A stretch of DNA of 64,000 bases from Candidatus Palauibacter sp. Lineage in GTDB: Bacteria; Gemmatimonadota; Gemmatimonadetes; Palauibacterales; Palauibacteraceae. The first letter of the stretch is position 1. Each line of letters opens with the position of its first letter. The stretch spans positions 1,209,663-1,273,662 of the forward strand of contig NZ_OZ244149.1 of the NCBI RefSeq assembly GCF_965216145.1. The letters run 5' to 3'. A model generated the notes under the pieces. The model made no database searches. It was given only the letters and a program-made list of their open reading frames with translations, and was not told the origin of the DNA. Below, piece by piece: positions 9,715 to 16,754 of this stretch. The position numbers and the translations under genes were made by a program.

Positions 9715-10842
9715 ATGAGGTTCGGGCGAGCGGGAGCGGCGGTCGTGATCATGCTGGGAGCCGCTGGATCCCTCGCGGCGCAGGAGCGGCGGCGTCCGCC
9801 GCCCGTGCCGCCGGACAACTCTCCGCCGATGACGATCGAGGCGTACGACCCGCACTCGACTCTCGTCGTCCCCGAGAACCCGGTCACGCGCGCCGGTTTC
9901 CCGTTCGTGGACGTTCACCTGCACCTCAACGCGACGATGCCCCGGGCGCGGCTCGACCAGCTCGTCCGGGACATGGACGCGCTCAACCTCGCGGTCGGCG
10001 TAAACCTCAGCGGAGGCAGCGGACCCCGGCTCGCGCGGCAGGTGGAAGCCTTCGAAGCGGCGTATCCCGGTCGTTTTGTCGTGTTCGCGAACGTCGATTT
10101 CGGCGACGTCGATGACCCCGAGTTCGGGGCGCTCGCCGCGGCCCGGCTGGAGGCCGATGTCGAGGCCGGCGCCCGCGGGCTCAAGATCTTCAAGAGCCTC
10201 GGGCTGCAGATCACGGATGCCGCCGGAGAGCGGGTCCCGGTCGACGACCCCCGTCTCGATCCGATCTGGGCCAGGGCGGGCGAACTCGGCATCCCCGTTC
10301 TCATCCACTCGGCGGACCCGGCGGAGTTCTGGGAACCGATGGACGAGAACAACGAGCGCTGGCTCGAGCTTCGCCTGCGGCCGCGGCGCCGCCAGACCGG
10401 CCCGCCGTCCTTCGAGCAGGTGCTGGGCGAGCAGCTCAACATGTTCCGCCGGCACCCGGAGACGACGTTCATCGCGGCGCACTTGGCGTGGCTCGGCCAC
10501 GACCTCGGCCGCCTCGGGCACACGCTGGACGAGATCCCCAACATGAACGTGGGGCTGGGGGCGGTGATCTACGAGCCGGGGCGGCAGCCGCGTTTCGCGC
10601 GCGAGTTCTTCATCAACTACCAGGATCGGATCCTGATGGGGAAGGATTCCTGGGCTCCGGACGAGTATCCCACCTACTTTCGCGTGCTGGAGACCTCGGA
10701 CGAGTACTTCCCCTACTACCGGAAGTACCACGCGTTCTGGCGCATGTACGGCCTCGACCTCCCGGACGAGGTCCTGCGCAAGGTCTACTTCGAGAACGCG
10801 CTCCGGATCGTCCCCGGCATCGACCGAAGCCGCTTCCCGTAA
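9715..10842 (+). CDS. Secreted amidohydrolase family (Amidohydro_2-like) protein
   Basis: Signal peptide, DVHLH metal motif, GARGLKIFK, VLIHSADP, IAAH and ILMGKD motifs. Confidence 0.85.
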   Translation: MRFGRAGAAVVIMLGAAGSLAAQERRRPPPVPPDNSPPMTIEAYDPHSTLVVPENPVTRAGFPFVDVHLHLNATMPRARLDQLVRDMDALNLAVGVNLSGGSGPRLARQVEAFEAAYPGRFVVFANVDFGDVDDPEFGALAAARLEADVEAGARGLKIFKSLGLQITDAAGERVPVDDPRLDPIWARAGELGIPVLIHSADPAEFWEPMDENNERWLELRLRPRRRQTGPPSFEQVLGEQLNMFRRHPETTFIAAHLAWLGHDLGRLGHTLDEIPNMNVGLGAVIYEPGRQPRFAREFFINYQDRILMGKDSWAPDEYPTYFRVLETSDEYFPYYRKYHAFWRMYGLDLPDEVLRKVYFENALRIVPGIDRSRFP

Positions 10843-10922
10843 GGAGTGGACGAGACCCGAGGTCGCGCGTACGATCGGTCGCGAATCCACGTGCGCGGTG
10901 TCGGGAAACAGGGGAGTGAAAC

Positions 10923-11279
10923 ATGAAGGAGCCGGCGAAGAGGACCCTCGACTCCTACAGGTTGGCGCATGCGAAGGAGGAGGCGTACGACGCGGCCTAC
11001 CGGGCGCTCGCTCAGAGTTCCGGAGCGTTGAAGAAGGCCGAGGCGCGACTCGAGGAGGCGAGAGAGTTGAGGACGCGCGCCGTCGCGAGGGTGTACGAGG
11101 CGGCCGCGGTCTTCGTCGATGCGGAGAGGAGGGCGGAGGTCGCCTACCGGGCGGCGGCGGAGGAGGGTGCCATCTCCGAGTCGGGCCCCACCGAGTTGAG
11201 CGATGCGAATCGCGGCTCCATCGCCCGCCAGGCCGCCAAGGCGAGCGCCCTGCTGCAGTGGCTCAAACTGTTGAGTTGA
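10923..11279 (+). CDS. Hypothetical alanine-rich coiled-coil protein
   Basis: 118 aa, GGGGAG RBS, strong GC3 bias; no recognisable family. Confidence 0.6.
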   Translation: MKEPAKRTLDSYRLAHAKEEAYDAAYRALAQSSGALKKAEARLEEARELRTRAVARVYEAAAVFVDAERRAEVAYRAAAEEGAISESGPTELSDANRGSIARQAAKASALLQWLKLLS

Positions 11280-11294
11280 TCCTGCCGGCGCTGT

Positions 11295-11326
11295 GGCGGC
11301 GAGGCGGGACGCGCCGCCTTGCCGCC
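11295..11326. terminator. Hairpin between convergent genes (possible bidirectional terminator)
   Basis: GGCGGCGAGGCGG-gacgcg-CCGCCTTGCCGCC, 13-bp stem with one G-U pair; no U tract. Confidence 0.5.
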
Positions 11327-11343
11327 GCGCCCCTCGCATCTCC

Positions 11344-11850
11344 TCACATATCCGGGAAGTCGGCGGTCGGCCCGAACACCTGGGGGACCGGCACGTCGAG
11401 CAGCCGCAGGTAGACCCCCAGCTGCGCCCGGTGGTGGATCAGGTGGTCGAGGATGAAGCTCCTCAGCACCACGGCCTTCGGCATCGTGAAGCGCGGCTCG
11501 CCGCCGACAAGCATGGTCCACGTACTCGCGAACGTCTCATCGGAGGTCGACTCGATCGACGCCCGAGCCGTGGCGGCACTCTGGTCGAGGGCCGCAACCA
11601 ACTCGGCGGCGGACCCGAGCACCGGGTTCTGCGGGGGGCCACCGCCCTCGGGATCGATGTCGAATTCGGACATCGTCAGGGTCGGCATGGTCCAGTTCGG
11701 GATCATCGCGATGTGCGTCGCCAGCTCCCCGAGCGTCCACGACTTCTCGTGCGGACGCCAGCCCAGGCTGTCTTCGGGGACGACTTCCAGCATGGCGCGG
11801 CAACCGGCCACGATATGGTCGAACGCCATGAGAGTTCCTTGAGCGGACAT
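11344..11850 (-). CDS. DinB family protein
   Basis: L.WRPHEKSWTLGELATHIA and H..HHRAQLGVYLRLL motifs; GGAG RBS before the ATG at 11850. Confidence 0.85.
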   Translation of the reverse strand: MSAQGTLMAFDHIVAGCRAMLEVVPEDSLGWRPHEKSWTLGELATHIAMIPNWTMPTLTMSEFDIDPEGGGPPQNPVLGSAAELVAALDQSAATARASIESTSDETFASTWTMLVGGEPRFTMPKAVVLRSFILDHLIHHRAQLGVYLRLLDVPVPQVFGPTADFPDM

Positions 11851-12001
11851 GAGATACTCCAGTTTGAGCGGGTGGATCTTCGACTCCAGGCCTTGACACC
11901 TGTTGGGCGTGGGAAGCTGCAAGGTCTGCCCGCAGGATGGAACCATCCGCGACCCGACGCGGATCGGGCGCTCGCCGTCTCACCCGGAAACGCCCGGCGC
12001 C

Positions 12002-12041
12002 TTGATCTCTCGCGCGATCTAGCTAGATTTCTAGCTAGATC
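12002..12041 (+). promoter_or_regulatory. vapBC promoter with a 26-bp perfect palindromic operator
   Basis: GATCTAGCTAGA-TT-TCTAGCTAGATC at 12016-12041; TTGATC (12002-12007), 16 bp, TAGATT (12024-12029). Confidence 0.75.
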
Positions 12042-12060
12042 GTCAGGTTCCGGGGGAAAG

Positions 12061-12297
12061 ATGACCGTGATCGTGAACGTACACGAAGCCAAGACCCAAC
12101 TCTCCCGACTGCTTGCGCAGGTCGAGGCGGGGGAGGATGTCGTGATCGCGCGCCGGGGCGAACCGGTGGCGCAGCTCGTTGCCTGCAAGCCGCGCGGCCG
12201 GCGGCAGCCAGATGTCCTCAAGGGGAAGATCGTGATCCCCGACGACTTCTTCGATCCCCTGCCGGAGGAGGAACTGGTGGCCTGGGAGGGCAAATAG
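12061..12297 (+). CDS. vapB: Phd/YefM-family type II antitoxin
   Basis: VNVHEAKTQLSRLLAQVEAGEDVVIARRGEPVA motif; RBS and ATG at 12061 (the longer ORF from 11293 is an artefactual extension). Confidence 0.9.
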   Translation: MTVIVNVHEAKTQLSRLLAQVEAGEDVVIARRGEPVAQLVACKPRGRRQPDVLKGKIVIPDDFFDPLPEEELVAWEGK

Positions 12298-12299
12298 AG

Positions 12300-12686
12300 G
12301 TGCCGGTTCTGCTGGATACCCACGCGTTCCTGTGGTGGATCGCGGACAGTGGGCGTCTTTCCCGACGTGCACGACGCGTGATCGCCGACGAGACGAACGA
12401 GGTGGTGGTCAGCGCGGCGTCCGCTTGGGAAATCGCCACCAAGTACCGGATCGGGAGACTTCCGGACGGCGCAGCCGTGGCTCTCGATGTCGTCGGCCAC
12501 ATCGCCGGTCAGGGCTTTCGGGAGCTCTCGATCAGCGTCACCGATGCCGTACGCGCCGGCCGCCTCCCCGGACCGCATCGGGACCCGTTCGACCGAATGC
12601 TTGTCGCGCAGGCTCTCGGGGGTGGGCTCTCGCTCGTGTCAGCCGACGCGGTGTTCGACCGTTACGGCGTCGACCGGCTCTGGTAG
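12300..12686 (+). CDS. vapC: PIN-domain VapC toxin
   Basis: LLDTHAFLWW, VSAASAWEIATK and HRDPFDRMLVAQA motifs; GTG start 2 nt after the antitoxin stop. Confidence 0.9.
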   Translation: MPVLLDTHAFLWWIADSGRLSRRARRVIADETNEVVVSAASAWEIATKYRIGRLPDGAAVALDVVGHIAGQGFRELSISVTDAVRAGRLPGPHRDPFDRMLVAQALGGGLSLVSADAVFDRYGVDRLW

Positions 12687-13046
12687 TCATTCGCGCGGCT
12701 TGCCGGTGTCGCCCCGCCGGATCTCGAAGTCGCGCCGGTCGCGGTAGAAGAGCGCGCGGTTGAGGACGTAGTCGCCGCCTTCAAGATCGATGTCCGGGCA
12801 TTCCGTCATCGTCCAGTACTTGTGCTCGCCGAGAAACAGGTACTCTCGGGTCTGGTGGAAGAAACGGCAGGTGACGCCCTCGCCGCGCCCGATCCGCTCG
12901 CAGAAGGCGGCCAGGAGTTCCTGCTGCCCGTCTTTCTGGCTGACGACGTACTCGTGGGGCCAGGTTTCGCGGTAGGTCACGGCCTCGCGCCACGGGGCGC
13001 GAGCGACCAGCTCCATGATGTCCGGCTTCCGCCGTGCGTCTGCCAT
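12687..13046 (-). CDS. Conserved-looking hypothetical protein (W...WPHEY...YWTM...LNRA)
   Basis: 119 aa with an aromatic motif pattern that resembles a small uncharacterised family; strong coding bias. Confidence 0.7.
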   Translation of the reverse strand: MADARRKPDIMELVARAPWREAVTYRETWPHEYVVSQKDGQQELLAAFCERIGRGEGVTCRFFHQTREYLFLGEHKYWTMTECPDIDLEGGDYVLNRALFYRDRRDFEIRRGDTGKPRE

Positions 13047-13071
13047 CCCCGGCCTCCTCGGCGCGCGGCGC

Positions 13072-13497
13072 CTACCCGCCCACGCGGTCCAGGTCCAACT
13101 GGAGCGTGGCGTCGACCCCGAACCGAATCATCCCACGAATCTGGTCTGCCCCGAACAGGTTACCCGAGTAGCCGATGTTGGTAATCCGACCCGCAGCCCT
13201 CCACTCGAGGATCAGCGACACGTTCGGGTGCTCGTGCAGTCCGATAACCGTGCCGGAGATCATGTCCCCTTCCTCCTGCAGGGTGACCGTACCCGTGATC
13301 GCGCCGCGGTCGTTCGCGGACAGTCGGAAGTCGAAGCCGACCACCGAAGCCTCATCGACGACCTGCCCGACCCAGTGGCCGGTGATGTCCGGCGGGGCAG
13401 GCCCGGAAGTTCCGTCCCCGCAGCCGGCGAGCGCCACCGCGAGTACAATGACCGCACCTGCCGATCGCGTCTTCGGGGTCGCTCTCGGCTTTCTCAT
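13072..13497 (-). CDS. Putative lipoprotein, beta-barrel-like (paralogue 1)
   Basis: Lipobox LAGC, then P..P.ITGHWVG; GGAG RBS before the ATG at 13497. Confidence 0.7.
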   Translation of the reverse strand: MRKPRATPKTRSAGAVIVLAVALAGCGDGTSGPAPPDITGHWVGQVVDEASVVGFDFRLSANDRGAITGTVTLQEEGDMISGTVIGLHEHPNVSLILEWRAAGRITNIGYSGNLFGADQIRGMIRFGVDATLQLDLDRVGG

Positions 13498-13720
13498 CTC
13501 GTCTCCACTTCCGATCCGACATCGCCGTGAGACCCGGCGACGGTTTCGAGTAGCTGCCCAAGCAGGGATCGGTCGGCGGACACCTCTTGCGGGCCGACGC
13601 CGAGGAGGACCGCCGCCACGCCTTGATCGCCCAGGTGGAGCTTCGGCGTCTTGACCAGCCGACGCAACCGATTGCCGTGCCAAGGAGGCAATTCTCCAGC
13701 AGGAACCGGCGTTCAAGGTT
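13494..13720 (-). pseudogene. Relic of an AAA+ ATPase / DUF4143-type gene
   Basis: LERRFLLE/(frameshift)LPPWHGNRLRRLVKTPKLHLGDQGVAAVLLG...DRSLLGQLLETV matches the central signature of ATP-binding DUF4143 proteins; both ends of the gene are missing. Confidence 0.75.
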
Positions 13721-13784
13721 GAGCTGCGGCTGATTGCAAGTTCGCGCCGACAGCCGACTCGTGCGGGGGTTGTAAACGCTCGCC

Positions 13785-14297
13785 TCAGGGCCGATGGTTG
13801 GGCGGTATTGTGGCGCCGTCGGGGTCGACGTCGGAACCTCGTGCGATGCGCCTGAATTCCAGCGTGCCGATGTTCTGCACGATCGTGCCGCGTCGTATGA
13901 AACCGCTGATGTGATGTTCGGATCTGAAGCGACCCTGATAGTCCTCCGAGGAGGTTTCGTAGTCGAGCGTCAAGGATACTTCCGAGAAGGCATGCACGCC
14001 GCTCACGGTTCCCGGGGATATCGTTTCAATCGGGTGGGGGATGCGGCGGAAATCGGTTCGGCTGACCGTGCCCGAGACGTTGCCTTCCCCGTCTTCCTGC
14101 AGCCAGAGCTGCCAGGCCAGGCCCCCGTCGATAACCGTCACGTTGCCGAGCCACGTCCCTGTAAGGGGCATTTCGGCCGGATCCGTCGTGAAGCCGCAGT
14201 CGGCGATCGCCACCAACAGGACGATCGAGACTGCAAAGCGCGCGGCACATTCCCACGCCCCAGACGCCTCCGGTCGCAAGACGCTCGACCGCTGCAT
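13785..14297 (-). CDS. Putative lipoprotein/exported protein (paralogue 2)
   Basis: Hydrophobic segment ending in Cys, LTGTWLG; aligns by eye with 13072-13497. Confidence 0.65.
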   Translation of the reverse strand: MQRSSVLRPEASGAWECAARFAVSIVLLVAIADCGFTTDPAEMPLTGTWLGNVTVIDGGLAWQLWLQEDGEGNVSGTVSRTDFRRIPHPIETISPGTVSGVHAFSEVSLTLDYETSSEDYQGRFRSEHHISGFIRRGTIVQNIGTLEFRRIARGSDVDPDGATIPPNHRP

Positions 14298-14430
14298 TCA
14301 GGTCACGATGGCTGAGAAGAAATGTTGGTCGATGCTCTCCCTACGGTGAATCGATAACGGAATTGCCTCATGATTCCTTCAGGACCGGTGGCTTTCCGGT
14401 CACACTTGCAAACTCCTCCGCCTCCGGGAC

Positions 14431-15516
14431 CTATTCGTTCTCGGTGACCGGTATTGTCTCGACGCAAGGAACGAAGCGATCTCTTAGCCAGCCCTTCTTG
14501 CTGAGTAGACGGCAGGCAAGTTCAATCTGCCGCTCCGAAAAATCCCGCTTTCGCTCGTTCCAGGCGTATGCTTGGTCGACCACGTCATCGACGCTGCCGG
14601 CGTCTTCCTGCGTGACGACCCAGTGAACCGTGGACAGCAACTCCAGACCGAACGGTGACTCGAACCCGGCTACAAGGTCTGCGACGCGGTTGAACCGGGC
14701 TTGCGTATCCGTCGTGGTCGTCACAAGGGCCTGCGCGTCATCAATCGCGCCTGGAACCAGTCTCAGCCGCTTGTCGGGCCGGTCACCTCCGTCCGCGTAG
14801 CCCGACACCATGTGTCCCTCTATGGCATGGAGCACGTGGCGGAGATTCTCTGCGTAAGGCCCATAGTGCCCTTTAGTGAACCTGAGCTTCAGTGGCTCTC
14901 CTGCAGCCTGCATGAAGTACATCAGCTTGTGCGCCTCCTGGAGCGTGACGAACGGATCCAGCAGACCTCGCAGGTATCGGTCGAGCAGTCCGACGAGGGC
15001 GGCGCGTCCCGGTGTCATGCGAGGAACATCGCTTGAGCGGTTGGCTGTCGCGTCCTCTGGGCCGCCTCCCGGCTCGAAGATGGTTACCTCGATGTCGCCA
15101 TGATCCTTGAACGCCTCGAGAATGCGAGACCGTACCAGCGTCCAGTCGAGCCCACCCAAGCCACTCCCCAGCGGCGGGATTGCGACGGAGCGGATGTCTC
15201 GTTCGCGTATTTCCCGGACGAGAGATCGCAACCCGGAGTCGATGTCTTCGATGCGGCTCTTCCCACGCCAGTGACGCTTGCTGGGGAAGTTGATGATGTA
15301 TCGTGGCGGCACCCCCGAACCGGTCTCGAAGACGAAGACGCGCCCCGGCTTCATCTCCCCCCGCTTACACTCAGCGGCATAAGCCTTGAAGTTCGAGGGG
15401 AAGGCGCGCTTGAACTGGAGTGCGATGCCACGCCCCATCACACCGACGCAGTTGACGGTGTTGACCAGAGCCTCGGCTTCTTCCGCGAACATGTCGCCCG
15501 TCTTGAACCGGATCAC
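14431..15516 (-). CDS. darG: DarG antitoxin: macrodomain DNA ADP-ribosyl glycohydrolase with C-terminal domain
   Basis: GDMF..EAEALVNTVNCVGVMGRGIALQFK, INFPSKRHWRGKS, AIPPLGSGLGGLDW, KLMYFMQ.AGEPL.L.F.KG.YGPYA, GLELLSTVHW; GTG start at 15516 with GGAGG RBS. Confidence 0.9.
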   Translation of the reverse strand: MIRFKTGDMFAEEAEALVNTVNCVGVMGRGIALQFKRAFPSNFKAYAAECKRGEMKPGRVFVFETGSGVPPRYIINFPSKRHWRGKSRIEDIDSGLRSLVREIRERDIRSVAIPPLGSGLGGLDWTLVRSRILEAFKDHGDIEVTIFEPGGGPEDATANRSSDVPRMTPGRAALVGLLDRYLRGLLDPFVTLQEAHKLMYFMQAAGEPLKLRFTKGHYGPYAENLRHVLHAIEGHMVSGYADGGDRPDKRLRLVPGAIDDAQALVTTTTDTQARFNRVADLVAGFESPFGLELLSTVHWVVTQEDAGSVDDVVDQAYAWNERKRDFSERQIELACRLLSKKGWLRDRFVPCVETIPVTENE

Positions 15517-15536
15517 ATGTGCCTCCGCTCGTTGCT

Positions 15537-16057
15537 TCAATAGTACCAATCCGACTTCACTTCCACACGAGGCACGTGCTCAGCCCCCCTCAGCGCCTCG
15601 TTCGCTTGCCGCTGGATCGCCGTTGAATGAACGCCTATGCGGGTGATGAGAAACCATGGAAACGACGACTCCATGAGAAACTCGGCCTGTTTCCCTTCCT
15701 TCCTGTCCCGCCAATCACGGGCCTGCACAGCCGGCCAGTCGATTCGGTGAAGTTCTTCCAAGTCGGACCAATCCTCGAAGTAGGAAGAACCTGCGTTGGA
15801 CGCGGTAAACGCCCATCGTCGGTTGGCCCCTTCCGCCCAGGCGATCGCGCGATACAAGTCTGCTTCCAGGTGTACGTCAGAGAGGTGCGCGCACGTCTCG
15901 CCTTGATCTCTGCCATCCCGATCGACGTGCCAACCTTCGGTCGCTTCATCATCTCCGTGTCACAGGAGAGTCCTCCGTCACCTACGATCAAGATAAGACG
16001 GTCGACATGAACGATGTGATAGACCTTGGGCCGCGCAGGTACCGGGTGCAGAGGCAT
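15537..16057 (-). pseudogene. darT: darT (DNA ADP-ribosyltransferase toxin) with an internal deletion and frameshift
   Basis: The N-part (PKVYHIVHVDRL...GTSIGM..IK.RR) and C-part (VHLEADL...RWAFT.SNAG..YF...KQAEFL...DWYY) lie in different frames, joined at ~15875; the central conserved segment is absent. Confidence 0.85.
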
Positions 16058-16076
16058 CCGCTCGTGGCTACTCGTG

Positions 16077-16661
16077 TCAGTTGGACCAGGGGGGGACGAC
16101 GCCGTTCATGCGGGCGTAGGCGACGGACTGGCCGACGTGTTCGTTCATGTGCGAGACCAGCTGCAGGAGCACCGTCCAGCCCTGGACGCGGCGGCCGTAG
16201 AGTTCCGTCTCGCCGGCGAGGCTGGCCTCGCTGAGCGCGCCGACCTGCTCCATCACGTGGCGGACGGACATCTCGTGGATCTCGCGCACCTTGTCCTTGT
16301 CCCGGATCGACTCGATGTCCGCATAGTCGAACCCGTTGGGAGGCGCGATGCCCAGGTTCTGGTCGAGGTACATGAAGTTGTAGCGCGCGATGTGCATGTA
16401 GACCTCACCCACCTCCATCACGCCCTCGGCGGGCGCCCACGAGAACTTCTCCGTGGGCATGACGCGCGCGAGTTCGGAGATCTTGCGGCTGGAGCGCTGG
16501 AAGTGGTCGAGGATCTCGTCCCGGACCGCGATCGGATCCGTCCCGGGGGCGAGCGTCAGCTCATGGGACACGAGAGCGTCGTTGATGGGGATCTGCGCGA
16601 GCAGAGTCGCGGGCGCGAGGGCCGCGGCGACGACGAGAGCTGCGAGGGATTCCCGCCTCAT
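16077..16661 (-). CDS. Secreted DinB family protein
   Basis: Signal peptide; LA..MP.EKFSWAP.EGV..VGEV..HIA and H..EH.GQ..AYARMNGVVPPWS motifs. Confidence 0.85.
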   Translation of the reverse strand: MRRESLAALVVAAALAPATLLAQIPINDALVSHELTLAPGTDPIAVRDEILDHFQRSSRKISELARVMPTEKFSWAPAEGVMEVGEVYMHIARYNFMYLDQNLGIAPPNGFDYADIESIRDKDKVREIHEMSVRHVMEQVGALSEASLAGETELYGRRVQGWTVLLQLVSHMNEHVGQSVAYARMNGVVPPWSN

Positions 16662-16727
16662 CTGACTTCCTCCTGCGGTTGCTGGCTCGGGGTGGACGGC
16701 GCGGTGCGTTCCCGCGACGTAACCGGA

Positions 16728-16736
16728 TGATATGAT
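16728..16736 (+). promoter_or_regulatory. Extended -10 element (TG-A-TATGAT) upstream of the FG-GAP gene
   Basis: TGATATGAT in an otherwise GC-rich intergenic region. Confidence 0.5.
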
Positions 16737-16754
16737 ACAGTCCCCTCACCCGTT

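Noticed and set aside
11293-12060. Upstream extension of the antitoxin ORF (334 aa in the track)
   Set aside because: It overlaps the DinB gene antisense; the real start is the ATG at 12061 with its own RBS and promoter.
14300-14430. Possible small ORF or gene relic in the lower-GC gap after darG
   Set aside because: Only very short frames without recognisable motifs; cannot be supported.
15537-16057. Programmed frameshift restoring DarT
   Set aside because: No slippery run at the junction, and a conserved central segment is physically missing, so a frameshift would not restore a full enzyme.
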